Below, piece after piece: positions 20,278-30,192 of a DNA stretch of 64,000 bases. This stretch comes from a virus. Made by a program: the position numbers and the translations under genes. The stretch is taken from positions 6,648 to 70,647 of IMG/VR virus record IMGVR_UViG_3300028584_000118; one strand, written 5' to 3'. Position 1 is the stretch's first letter, and each line of letters starts with the position of its first letter. Under the pieces are notes generated by a model, which did not search any database, was not told where the DNA came from, and saw only the letters and a list, made by a program, of their open reading frames with translations.

Positions 20278-22539
20278 TCATTCTCCTGTGTTAATTGTAT
20301 CGTTTATATCTGGTAATCTTAAAGCTATGTCGACATAGTTAGTAACGCTATCTAAACCAGCAATACCTATATTACCTGCATGAATAGTCCTATTATAGAA
20401 TTCATTTGGTGATTCTCCAAATATAACAAAAGGACTCAAATGAGCTGAAGTATCAAGCAATGCTTTGGCTTCATCTAATGTCTTTAATTGCTCTTTCATT
20501 TCCTTTTGGAAACTAGTGTAATCACCTAATAAATCTTGGAAATCTGCTTGTAAAGCAGCACTAGCAGCATTACTTAAACCAGTAGATAACTGTAATAACT
20601 CTTGTGCAAATGGAGCTCCGGATACTGACCCGGCTTCAATCATTTGATAAGCACCATATACAGCAGCAACTATGGCTACAACAAAAGCAAGTTTAACTCC
20701 GAGTACTTTAACAAACAATTTAAAAGCATAACTAATTATTATATTCTCAATAATTAAAGTAAGTATGGTTAAAGCCACTACCGTTAACTCTCCGGCAGCT
20801 AAAGCTGCTGCAATAGTTTCAAAAGCAGCTCCTCCTGTAAAGTAAGTAATAGCAATAGCTACAATAACTAAGAATACTTTAAATACACCTGTCTGATACC
20901 ATTTAATCTTAGTCACTACTCTACTATTGAATACATAGTGTAAAGATCTAGATAGCAACTCTTCTCTTAACCTTAATGGATAAGCGTCTGTAATAGCCTT
21001 ATCTACTGGAATCAATAGTATGTCATCTGTTTCATCAGCAGTTACTGAATAATTACCATAAATAAAGTAAGTAACCTTCAAATCTGCTACTTGAATCTCT
21101 TCATATGTATTTAATGAAGTCTGTCTTCTATAAATGTGTGATTTAAGTGGTGTGTCATTGGTTATTACACTACCAGCAAAGTTTTTAAACGTGGTTGTAG
21201 AGATATTTGTGGTCACCGTAGTGTTACAGAACCCTACTGGGCCTATAGAACCTGCTAAACGTCGTCTAAAGATACCGGAATGAGCCAAAGTCATCTTAAA
21301 TTGTTTGTCTTGGATCACCATAGCTGAGGAAGGTACACTTGTATTACCTAAAAGCTTAGATAAAATACCGGCAACACCTAAGGTCTCAGCTCTTACTGGA
21401 TCATTTACCGTAGTTGTAGGTAAAGCACTGTGTAAAGACTTAAAGAAATCAAATAAATAACGTATCTCTGCTTTGTTTTCTGTGTTTGCAGGCACTGCCA
21501 TCATGATTATGGCTTGCTCTACATCTGCAATATCCGGATTGGCGTCAACACCCTCCCCAAGCTGATCATAATCCATACCTAAGTACTTCACCATCTTCTT
21601 AGAAGTAAGGTAAGCAGGGGTAGTTTTATTAGCTATGACAGAGGCTTTGTTTAATCTCAGATAAGCAAAGGGAAAGAACGTACCAGCAGTTGTATTTTCA
21701 GTTGTAAACACTTCATCTAAAGATGGGTGTGTACCGGAGTCATCCTTGTACATAAAATACTTAGGTAAACCATTCTTTACATACCTGGCTTGGAAGTAAT
21801 TTGCATCATCTTCATAGGAATTATTAAGAAAGGTAACACTTTCCTGAAAGTAAGCTTTCTTGGTGATCCCATTCTCTGTGGTTTCAACCATCCATTCATA
21901 GGTAAGCTTAAAATAATCCTCAGTAGCACCAGCATCTGCAATAACAGCAGAATACTTACCAATGTTGGAAAGGCTTAGAGAGCCTATAGAGCGTTTTGGA
22001 GTAAATCCCACACTAGGAGAGGTTCCCCATTGTTCAATGGCTTTGGGATTGATCTTGTCTATGTCAGCAGCAGGAACAACAACCTGCAGATCTACCATGT
22101 AGCACTTCTTACCTGCTTTAGCTGTAGTCAATACTGTGAGTTCATTGGTTGTAGTATTCAAACCATAAAGCTCAATAGCCTTAAGCCAACCAATATGAGA
22201 TGAGTTAGGTGGGCCATAATGACAATAAGTAGTCGTTATAGCTGTACCTTCTATGGAAGATAGAACAGCTTGTACTTCATCCTTACAATCATTCGATCGG
22301 AGGTAAGCACCTGAAGGCAAACCATGAGTGTAATTATCCTTGGCATACTTATACATTCTATTGGCTTTAGAACCTATAGAACCTACTAGTTCTTCCATTA
22401 CATAATCAACAGTATTTCCATTCTCTAATAAGGATTTAAGCAATCCTGTCTTAATAGAATTAGGTACTAAGGCATCTTCTATTACCCTGGACGTAGTTGT
22501 AGCTACTGTGGTTTTTGTCTTGCTTCCGAATAATCCCAA
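20278..22539 (-). CDS. Structural protein (N4 gp53-like)
   Basis: MGLFGSK start; KWYQTG.F motif followed by hydrophobic C-terminal helices; synteny. Confidence 0.75.
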   Translation of the reverse strand: MGLFGSKTKTTVATTTSRVIEDALVPNSIKTGLLKSLLENGNTVDYVMEELVGSIGSKANRMYKYAKDNYTHGLPSGAYLRSNDCKDEVQAVLSSIEGTAITTTYCHYGPPNSSHIGWLKAIELYGLNTTTNELTVLTTAKAGKKCYMVDLQVVVPAADIDKINPKAIEQWGTSPSVGFTPKRSIGSLSLSNIGKYSAVIADAGATEDYFKLTYEWMVETTENGITKKAYFQESVTFLNNSYEDDANYFQARYVKNGLPKYFMYKDDSGTHPSLDEVFTTENTTAGTFFPFAYLRLNKASVIANKTTPAYLTSKKMVKYLGMDYDQLGEGVDANPDIADVEQAIIMMAVPANTENKAEIRYLFDFFKSLHSALPTTTVNDPVRAETLGVAGILSKLLGNTSVPSSAMVIQDKQFKMTLAHSGIFRRRLAGSIGPVGFCNTTVTTNISTTTFKNFAGSVITNDTPLKSHIYRRQTSLNTYEEIQVADLKVTYFIYGNYSVTADETDDILLIPVDKAITDAYPLRLREELLSRSLHYVFNSRVVTKIKWYQTGVFKVFLVIVAIAITYFTGGAAFETIAAALAAGELTVVALTILTLIIENIIISYAFKLFVKVLGVKLAFVVAIVAAVYGAYQMIEAGSVSGAPFAQELLQLSTGLSNAASAALQADFQDLLGDYTSFQKEMKEQLKTLDEAKALLDTSAHLSPFVIFGESPNEFYNRTIHAGNIGIAGLDSVTNYVDIALRLPDINDTINTGE

Positions 22540-22557
22540 GATATTCTCCTTAAATAA

Positions 22558-22581
22558 TAAAGGGAGCCTAAGCCCCCTCTA
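22558..22581 (-). terminator. Probable terminator
   Basis: Minus strand AGAGGGGGC-TTAG-GCTCCCTTT then ATTATTT. Confidence 0.55.
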
Positions 22582-22601
22582 TTGTACCTATTTATTTCTT
22601 A

Positions 22602-23489
22602 CTACACTGCTGTTAAACCGGTCAGCATTGATTGTACTGCTTGACCAATGAAAGTGTCATCCAACTTATTAGTAGCAGAAGCAGCAGTAGCCTCATCTGT
22701 ACTTCTACGAACACTCCAAGAATCAATCATAATCTTAGCTGCCTTCTGTTCTGCATCTCGTTTAAATCCACTTGCTTGAGCTACATACAGAGTCTTTTGT
22801 CGACCAATTACTGAGTTATCATCAACACCGGTAGAAGTAGTTTGTGCACGTTCTGTTGCAGACTTCTGATTCAACAATGCTGTTTCGCTTGTTGTTTTGT
22901 CTTTGGTCAACATAAGAACATCATACTCAGCACGCAACTTACATTCTTGAGCTACCAGTACTGTACCTTCAGTAATTGCATTCAACTTCTGTTGCGCAAT
23001 CAAAAGTGTTTGGCCTTCAATCTGCAACTTCTGAGCAACTGACTGAGCTTCCTGTGCAACTAAATTATCAATCTCTTGAGTAATCTTATTACGTTGAATA
23101 GCACTAGTAAGCAACTCATCTTGTAAGTTTAACTTTTGCTGTTCAAGCAAAGCAATCTCAGCAGGAATCTTATTAAGATTAGCTTGAAGAATAGCTAGTT
23201 CAGCTTGAGCTTTCTGTACTTCTACAGTAGCTAGTTCAATCTGCTTATTCAATAAGTCTGCTTCAAGAGACGTTTTATCTTTTTGAAGTAAGAACTGTAT
23301 TGAAGCACTTAGTATTGCAGTTAATGAACCAAGATAAACTTGTGAGTACTCAGGACCTCTAATACGATTCTTATTAAACTCTTCTTCTAGATGAGCTTTA
23401 CTAGCTTTCATCAAAACGTCAAATACACCATTACCAGTTACTTCGGCTTCGGTTAGATTTGATAGAGTAATAGGGGCAATTGTAGGCAT
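22602..23489 (-). CDS. Structural protein (N4 gp54-like)
   Basis: G.GVFD.LM...AHL.EEF..NRI.G.EY motif; coiled coil; GF.RDAEQKAAK. Confidence 0.8.
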   Translation of the reverse strand: MPTIAPITLSNLTEAEVTGNGVFDVLMKASKAHLEEEFNKNRIRGPEYSQVYLGSLTAILSASIQFLLQKDKTSLEADLLNKQIELATVEVQKAQAELAILQANLNKIPAEIALLEQQKLNLQDELLTSAIQRNKITQEIDNLVAQEAQSVAQKLQIEGQTLLIAQQKLNAITEGTVLVAQECKLRAEYDVLMLTKDKTTSETALLNQKSATERAQTTSTGVDDNSVIGRQKTLYVAQASGFKRDAEQKAAKIMIDSWSVRRSTDEATAASATNKLDDTFIGQAVQSMLTGLTAV

Positions 23490-23516
23490 AGTTTACCTTG
23501 GCTTTAAACGTTAATA

Positions 23517-24110
23517 TTAATCAGCAGTATTGTTACTCATAGCTTGTCTACGGGCCAACTCATCTAATTCTTTCTGAGTCAACATAGGCAAGATTTCAAT
23601 ACCAAACTCTTTAATCAATTTACCAGTACGGACACTATTACCACGAGAGTCTTTACTAGTTACAAAGATTTGACACTGACGTTGAGAAATCTGGTTATAC
23701 AGAATACGGGGAATATGCCAACCATCTTCAGTATTGAAAGGCACAAACTTAGTATGGGAACCAACTAAAGAATTACCTGCAGTGAACAATTCACCTTCCC
23801 ATTCTTTCTTTGCTGGATTCATACAAGTAACGTTAACTCGAATAAGCTCAGTAGCCTCTCGGCGTTTACGTGCACGACGTTGTTCCATAGTTTCTTCAAC
23901 TGGTTCTGTAACTTCAGGAGAAACATTTGCATCTGTATTTGCTGAGTCATCTACTTCAGGCTTACCTTCAATAGCTGCAGCAACTTTTTCACGTAGCTTT
24001 TCCAAACCAATCGAAGGATGGTAAGGAATACCTAAAGTATCTGCACGTTGTTTAAGAGTGGTTAACTCATCAGGGATTGGTAGTGTTTCGTCGTTATCAA
24101 TAGTAGACAT
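23517..24110 (-). CDS. N4 gp55-like conserved protein
   Basis: ELTTLKQRA..LGI.YHPSIG.EKLREK; CMNP.K..WEGE; LA.RQAM. Confidence 0.8.
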   Translation of the reverse strand: MSTIDNDETLPIPDELTTLKQRADTLGIPYHPSIGLEKLREKVAAAIEGKPEVDDSANTDANVSPEVTEPVEETMEQRRARKRREATELIRVNVTCMNPAKKEWEGELFTAGNSLVGSHTKFVPFNTEDGWHIPRILYNQISQRQCQIFVTSKDSRGNSVRTGKLIKEFGIEILPMLTQKELDELARRQAMSNNTAD

Positions 24111-24128
24111 TGCGATTTCCTTTAGATT

Positions 24129-24162
24129 AAAAAATTAGGAGAGATCCGAAGATCCCTCCCTA
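24129..24162 (-). terminator. Terminator downstream of major capsid gene
   Basis: Minus strand TAGGGAGGGATC-TTCG-GATCTCTCCTA then ATTTTTT. Confidence 0.85.
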
Positions 24163-24176
24163 CTACTTACATCTTA

Positions 24177-25589
24177 TTACATCAATGCTGCAGTTTTGAT
24201 CAGAGCAATACGTTCTGGACGCAAAGCCATGAAACCGTAGTACCACTTGATAGACATGAAACCAGTCTCACCGTATGGATCATTACGATCTGCTGTAGCT
24301 TCACCTGGAGCTTTGTGAGTGATTTTGAACTTCACTGTCTTACCATCAGTTTGGAAACCAATAGTAGTAAAGGATTCATCACCAACTACTAAGATAGGGA
24401 ACACGTCATAGAACTGTCCATTATCATAGTGAAGCGTTCCGGTTACGGCTGCGCCTGCACCGGACCACTTCATCATTTCAGGTACTACAACAATACGGAA
24501 TTGATCCACTGTACCAGCTTCACCATTCAACACTGTACCGCCGGCAGCATACTTCTCTACAGAGATAAATGCTGGGTTGTTATGCAAGTCTTTCATTGCT
24601 TTGAAAGTAGGCAACAACTCAGAACCAATGTAGGCCACACGAGCAGATGGCAATACACGAGTATCAACCAAGCGAGTACCTGTGATGATCTTGGTATGCT
24701 TTGGAGTACGGTTGTTATCCAAATCAATACTCAAGCGCATCAAGTCACCATAAGTAACTACGTCGTTTGCACCGATATCGCTATTCATCGTAGCGTCACC
24801 AGCATACTTAATAACACCAGCAGCATTGATCAAGTCAATCTGCAAAGCATCTTCAGTCATCTCGTTAGCACCGCTGATCATCTCACGATTGATGTGTTCC
24901 CACAACATTGCATCAGAGTCGAAGTCCATAGACTCTTGGCTGTACTCATCAAAGAAACCAAACTTCTCGAAAGTACCTTCAAGTTCTTTACGCTTGAAAC
25001 CAACACGATTGACACGACCACCAGATTCAGACAATGCTGGCAACTTACCAGAGATAGTACCGATGTCTTTGCTGGAACCATACAAGTTACCTGAACGTTG
25101 AGTAGATTCAGCACCCAATGTAGCAACGTTAGTTACGGCTGCTGCTTTAGCAGAGTTCAAATACAAAGCAGTCAAGTTACCTACCAAAGTAATAGTAGCG
25201 AAACCAGCAGAAGCAGAACTATCAGCACCTGCAGTAGCTACCAGTGTTGCACCGATGTTGTCATTGATAGCAGTAACAGCAGCGGCTTTACTAGCATTAG
25301 CAGCAGTCAATACATTGCGTGTGAAGCGAACTTCATAATTTGTATTAGTGATTGTTGCGCCAGCAGCGTCAATACCTTGATCATTGATGTTAGCTGCATC
25401 CAGCAAAGGAATGTAGTGGTAACGTTTGATTTTCTTACCCATGTTTTTAGGCATGGAAGTAACGTCAGCCAACTGTGTAAAGTACTGTTCTTTACGAGCT
25501 TCGATCAATGCTTGCTTTTGATAAAACTCATTTACCAGTTGTGGGCTCATGGTGGATGTTGCACCACCTGTATTAAACTTAATAGTCAT
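24177..25589 (-). CDS. Major capsid protein (N4 gp56-like) with ~84-aa insertion
   Basis: [33 protein letters not shown]; [11 protein letters not shown]; DPYGE.GF.SIKWYYG. Confidence 0.95.
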   Translation of the reverse strand: MTIKFNTGGATSTMSPQLVNEFYQKQALIEARKEQYFTQLADVTSMPKNMGKKIKRYHYIPLLDAANINDQGIDAAGATITNTNYEVRFTRNVLTAANASKAAAVTAINDNIGATLVATAGADSSASAGFATITLVGNLTALYLNSAKAAAVTNVATLGAESTQRSGNLYGSSKDIGTISGKLPALSESGGRVNRVGFKRKELEGTFEKFGFFDEYSQESMDFDSDAMLWEHINREMISGANEMTEDALQIDLINAAGVIKYAGDATMNSDIGANDVVTYGDLMRLSIDLDNNRTPKHTKIITGTRLVDTRVLPSARVAYIGSELLPTFKAMKDLHNNPAFISVEKYAAGGTVLNGEAGTVDQFRIVVVPEMMKWSGAGAAVTGTLHYDNGQFYDVFPILVVGDESFTTIGFQTDGKTVKFKITHKAPGEATADRNDPYGETGFMSIKWYYGFMALRPERIALIKTAALM

Positions 25590-25613
25590 GATGTACTACC
25601 TTTCGTTTGTTGA

Positions 25614-26816
25614 TTATAAAAAACCAGGTTTAACCATTTTGCTGAATTCATCATCAGATAAAGCCAAGGGATTAAAGTCCGATGGTAAACCTGAAGATGC
25701 AGCAGGCTTTGTAGAGCTTGCAGCTCGCTTTTTGTTTTTCAGTTCAACGTCATTGACCTTTGCTTTTGGTGTAACTATCACAGTCTCTTGTGTATTGCCC
25801 TTACCTTTTGCGCTAAGGGAAGCAAAACCACCACGAGCCTCAATTTGGTCACCAACTACACGATAGGCACTAATGTCATTCAAACCATTCAAACGACCTA
25901 AAACACGTTGTCGATCTACCTCAGTTTTAATAATGTCATATATACCACGTTGCATGTGGTCATTGATGACTTCTACCAATACCGGAGTATTACCAACAGC
26001 TTGCTTACTTGCAGCATCCCACTCTTCGGCAATCACTTGTAGAGTTCTGCTATAGGTAGACGAATCTTTCACCTGATCCAATACAGCATCTAACTCTAAT
26101 TCACGATCGTCTGGAGCATAAGACTTTGCTCTGTAGTCGCTTGCTTTTTCAGTATCAATTCCCAAAGGATCAATACCACTTTCCTTAATAAGTTTAGTAA
26201 TTGCTGCTGGATCTCTTTTATCCAAGTCAATCAAGTAACTTAACTTACCTTCATCTAGGAGATTATTATTCTCCAACATCTTCATAAGTTTCAGGTTAGG
26301 TTTTAATGCCGCCATCTTCTTATTGAAGCCAACACCCATTTGCATAAGTGTTACAGCTTCTTCAGCACTCTCTACTTTAAAGTCTTTTCCATTTGCTTTA
26401 AATGGTTGAAAGATCGTTTCATAGACAGCTTTGTAATCTACTTCTTTTGTTTCAGCAGGAGTCTCTTTAGGAGTTTCCTTTTGAGCTTCAACAGGTTTAT
26501 TCTTAACAGTTTCTGGCTTAGCTTCAGTTGATTCATCTTCATCTGTATTACTAGCAGTTACTGGTTGATCTTTAGATTCAGTTTCTTCTTCATCAGCGGT
26601 ATCAGAAGTATTATCTTCTGTAGTACTTGAATCAGTGTCATCTGTATCGTTGTTATCCGCATTATTATCTTCTTCAGATGTTTCGTCAACAACTACTTGA
26701 GAAGTATCAGAAGTATCTTCAGAAGTATCTGTAGAACTCTCTACAACTAATTTAGAAGGATCAAAGTTTGCAATGTCCTCATCAGACATTTCTAAGAAGT
26801 TAGTTTTGGTAGACAT
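25614..26816 (-). CDS. N4 gp57-like protein (probable scaffold; often annotated tape measure)
   Basis: Acidic low-complexity N-terminus; PFKANGK...LMQMG..F.KKM; synteny with capsid gene. Confidence 0.8.
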   Translation of the reverse strand: MSTKTNFLEMSDEDIANFDPSKLVVESSTDTSEDTSDTSQVVVDETSEEDNNADNNDTDDTDSSTTEDNTSDTADEEETESKDQPVTASNTDEDESTEAKPETVKNKPVEAQKETPKETPAETKEVDYKAVYETIFQPFKANGKDFKVESAEEAVTLMQMGVGFNKKMAALKPNLKLMKMLENNNLLDEGKLSYLIDLDKRDPAAITKLIKESGIDPLGIDTEKASDYRAKSYAPDDRELELDAVLDQVKDSSTYSRTLQVIAEEWDAASKQAVGNTPVLVEVINDHMQRGIYDIIKTEVDRQRVLGRLNGLNDISAYRVVGDQIEARGGFASLSAKGKGNTQETVIVTPKAKVNDVELKNKKRAASSTKPAASSGLPSDFNPLALSDDEFSKMVKPGFL

Positions 26817-27157
26817 TATTCACCTCCCTCTAACAACTCAGAAATTGTAAGCTGATCTGCATCAATAGTTTGAGCTGCTCTGTCTGCATTGAAAAATACC
26901 ATATTAAGGTATGAACTCAATGCACCAATAGCATCAATCTGTTGGATTACATTAGCTTGTCGTTCTGGGGTTTGCATATTAGGATCAGCTTTAAGATGAA
27001 CCAATCGAATGGCCTCTTTCTCAAAGTATCCCTTTGAAATAATATCTTTAAAGTCCTTGTTATTACTGAGACGTTCTAAGGTTTTACCCATATCAACCAT
27101 CTCTTTGGCTTTAGAGATATTATCCTCTAGCTCTCGTACAATATTTGAATTGCTCAT
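26816..27157 (-). CDS. N4 gp58-like protein
   Basis: L.RL..N.DFK.II..GYF..EA.RLV motif; synteny. Confidence 0.8.
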   Translation of the reverse strand: MSNSNIVRELEDNISKAKEMVDMGKTLERLSNNKDFKDIISKGYFEKEAIRLVHLKADPNMQTPERQANVIQQIDAIGALSSYLNMVFFNADRAAQTIDADQLTISELLEGGE

Positions 27158-27230
27158 AGTTTTCTACCATTGCTTTCTAAAAGTTAATAGAAGATTTGGG
27201 GGATTTCTCCCCCCTGTTAGTTTAAGTTAA

Positions 27231-29414
27231 TTACTTGGCTTTAGATTTCTCTTTAGCCTTCTCTTTCACATACTCTTTAACAAGATCGAAACCTTGTTCT
27301 TGCTGCTTATACTGATGATCAATGTGCTTCAACTCTGCTTGACTACGAGCTTGCTCACCAACCTTCTGTATATCCCTCTCCTGCTTTACACCCGATTCCT
27401 GTTCAACAAAGTCAAGAGTCTTTTGATCCACATCAGCCTTCATTACCTCTTGTTTAGATGCTTCAGTTCCGATCTTAGCTAGAGTGAGTTGGGCGTTTGC
27501 TTCTGCTTCTGAAGCCAATGCTAACTCTTTACGTAACTGGGCCTCTAACAATTGGATCTGTAACTCAGCTTGCTTTTGAGCCATAGGATCTGGTTGTGGT
27601 TCAAAGTTCTCTATCTTCTCTGCTAAGTCAGGCATCTTACGTAGTTTAGCAATATCTGACAAGATTATTTTATGTAGGCTAGGGTCCATGTTGTTACCCG
27701 TAGTCTGCAACATAAAAGCCAATTCCTGAGCTTTATTATTATCTTCCTCTGCAGTAGAGATAGATAATTTTAAATCAAAGTTACCTGGTAAGTCATCTTT
27801 ACGTATTTGTACAAACTCTTCATTAGTGATACGGATTACTTCTGTATCAGATAAAAACTCTGCATTCATACTAATTAGCTTACGACCGATCTGAATAATA
27901 CCAGAACTAAGCCTACGCAAGATACCTAACTCACGCTTGGATGCTGCATCAAGAGCTCCTCTAACACCGGCAGCAACATCACCTAAGCTTGCACCAGATA
28001 CACCTTGACTGAAACTCTTAACACCGGTCAATGACTCTGCTTCCATATTCTGAAGCTGAACCATGAAGGATGCAGACTGAGGGATCTCAGGATAGGTGTG
28101 CATATGCACATTAGCTCTTGGATCAGAATTAGGATTGAATTCATAATCCTTACCAAGATCAAACTTCCTACGATTGGTAGCATCCAAGAAAGCTTTACTT
28201 ACACCTGTCTGACCGTTAGCAGATTTACCCATGATGTCAATCATACCGCGGGTCACAGCACCTAGAATCTTTTGATTATCTTCAATCAATACACCATCTG
28301 GTTCACCGTAGATACCTCTACGTACAGGGAGATATTGTGTAATCACAAAAGGAATCTTCTTATCCGGAAATGGATTCTCTTCCAAACGAATCAATGTATT
28401 ACCTACCCAAGCAGCTACGATAGGTTTTACCATTCCATCACCTTCAATATCCCAGAAACCCCAGTACTCATAAACTACAATCTTCTTACGAGGTTCATCA
28501 CTGAAATTGAAACCACTGGAATTATTAGGACCTTGATGATCTGGTTGACTTAAGATTGATTCATTACTAGGTTGGATAACTTTAAGATTCTTATACTTAC
28601 CATCTCGTTCTAACTCAGCAAGTGAAGACTCAAAACTATAAATAACAAAGCTGGCCTTATCAATATTACCCATACAGGTAGGATCAATAATTACATTGTT
28701 AATATTACAGACTTCAATAGTGGGTCTATTCACTACTGTCTTCATTCGAGTAACTTTTTTAGCCCCTTTAATCTGAGCTTCAACAGGTCGACCTTCTTGT
28801 TTAGTAAGCTCATGAGCCTGCTTCATTTCTTCCGGTACATCTGTTTGATACTGGCTTGGAGATTGGAGTTGCATCTGATCAAGCTGCTCATACATAGGAG
28901 CAAGTTCATCGTTAACTACAAACTGTACATCAGGTACAGTCTCTGTAACTTCTTCTTCAATAAAATCCCAACCTACACGAGTAATAACTGTACCTTCATC
29001 AACTGCTGCACGTACATAGTCATCAATGAAACGTGTCTTGTCTATCGCAGTATTGAACTGATTATTTAATATTAATTGGTTTTGTACTGCTGCCTCTTTA
29101 TCTTCCCAAGTAATAGGACTCACATTAAATACATCATCTGTACTTAAGAAAGGTTCTGATAATGCAGCATATCTCCATTCAGCTTGTTTACGAATAAGCT
29201 TAGGAACAATCTTAGAACTATTCTCAGATACCTTAACTAATGCTGAACCTTCCACATTCAAATTATCTAACCACAGTTTTACTTTCTTCTTATGATCATC
29301 ATGAGAAGGTTTAGCATCAGTAAGATCTTGCTTCAAGTCTTTAATATCTGGAGCATTAGTCCAATTAGTTAAAGTCTCAACTACTACTTCAGTAGCGTTG
29401 GTTTGATCTGTCAT
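27231..29414 (-). CDS. Portal protein (N4 gp59-like)
   Basis: PKLIRKQAEWRY.ALSEPFL; YEYWG; GAVTRGMID..G.SANGQ; 727 aa. Confidence 0.95.
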   Translation of the reverse strand: MTDQTNATEVVVETLTNWTNAPDIKDLKQDLTDAKPSHDDHKKKVKLWLDNLNVEGSALVKVSENSSKIVPKLIRKQAEWRYAALSEPFLSTDDVFNVSPITWEDKEAAVQNQLILNNQFNTAIDKTRFIDDYVRAAVDEGTVITRVGWDFIEEEVTETVPDVQFVVNDELAPMYEQLDQMQLQSPSQYQTDVPEEMKQAHELTKQEGRPVEAQIKGAKKVTRMKTVVNRPTIEVCNINNVIIDPTCMGNIDKASFVIYSFESSLAELERDGKYKNLKVIQPSNESILSQPDHQGPNNSSGFNFSDEPRKKIVVYEYWGFWDIEGDGMVKPIVAAWVGNTLIRLEENPFPDKKIPFVITQYLPVRRGIYGEPDGVLIEDNQKILGAVTRGMIDIMGKSANGQTGVSKAFLDATNRRKFDLGKDYEFNPNSDPRANVHMHTYPEIPQSASFMVQLQNMEAESLTGVKSFSQGVSGASLGDVAAGVRGALDAASKRELGILRRLSSGIIQIGRKLISMNAEFLSDTEVIRITNEEFVQIRKDDLPGNFDLKLSISTAEEDNNKAQELAFMLQTTGNNMDPSLHKIILSDIAKLRKMPDLAEKIENFEPQPDPMAQKQAELQIQLLEAQLRKELALASEAEANAQLTLAKIGTEASKQEVMKADVDQKTLDFVEQESGVKQERDIQKVGEQARSQAELKHIDHQYKQQEQGFDLVKEYVKEKAKEKSKAK

Positions 29415-29460
29415 TTAATTCTCCAATTATATTAAGGAATGCTTTACCGGTTAAGTAATA

Positions 29461-30183
29461 TTAAACCCAGCCATTCCTTTGTAAACGATTCTGTTGGCTT
29501 CCTTGGTCTACTTCAAGATTCAATAATTCTAATTGTTGACAAGCAATCTCATACTTAGAAGCATAGTTATTACCAGCATTGAATTCATTAACCATACCAA
29601 TAGGATTATGGAAGCGACTAGCTACGTAAAGAAGCAAAGGCTCTAAGTGAGTGTACGGTAACTCTAACTCTATCTTAGCTGGATTAAATGCGCCATTACC
29701 TACAACGATGATTGGATGATTAGCACGATAAACCAATTCTAATTTATCAGTGAGTAATGTACGATCGACATAACCAGGGATACGTAATACGGTAGCTGAA
29801 GGAGTAAACAAAGAGTTCATGTCTCCATCATCATTCAATGGGAACTCATAGTCTGCTGTGTTAATTACTTTTTCAATCTTTAGTACATCATCTTTAAAAC
29901 CAACTGTACTATCATCAATGAACTTATCTACTTCAAGTGAAGCTACATTACTTAAAGCGTAGTTACTATTGATTGGGTAAGTACCACGAGACTCTGTAAA
30001 GTTAATCTTTACTCGACCTTCTTTTAAATGAAAACGCTTATACAAACCAGTCAAGCCAAGATTAATATGGGCAACTATTTGATCATAATTAGTATCATCA
30101 ATCTGGCCCATAGCACCACCACCAATAGATACTTGGGATAACTCACCATAAGTAAGTTGTTTGAATACATCTAGTAAGTTCAT
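29461..30183 (-). CDS. Head completion/adaptor protein (N4 gp67-like)
   Basis: L.YGELS; INLGL..L.KRF.L; LLLYVASR; ending F..NGWV-like. Confidence 0.8.
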   Translation of the reverse strand: MNLLDVFKQLTYGELSQVSIGGGAMGQIDDTNYDQIVAHINLGLTGLYKRFHLKEGRVKINFTESRGTYPINSNYALSNVASLEVDKFIDDSTVGFKDDVLKIEKVINTADYEFPLNDDGDMNSLFTPSATVLRIPGYVDRTLLTDKLELVYRANHPIIVVGNGAFNPAKIELELPYTHLEPLLLYVASRFHNPIGMVNEFNAGNNYASKYEIACQQLELLNLEVDQGSQQNRLQRNGWV

Positions 30184-30192
30184 AGTATTTCC

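Noticed and set aside
24429-25613. Long antisense or alternative-frame ORFs over the capsid gene (and similar ones over vRNAP, portal, primase, 63053-63433)
   Set aside because: These are shadow ORFs from codon bias of highly expressed genes, with no RBS or recognisable motifs. Only the Rz1-like ORF at 60991-61209 is retained.
26520-26760. GAAGTATC-like short repeats in the gp57-like gene
   Set aside because: They are explained by the Asp/Thr/Ser/Glu low-complexity protein sequence normal for this family.
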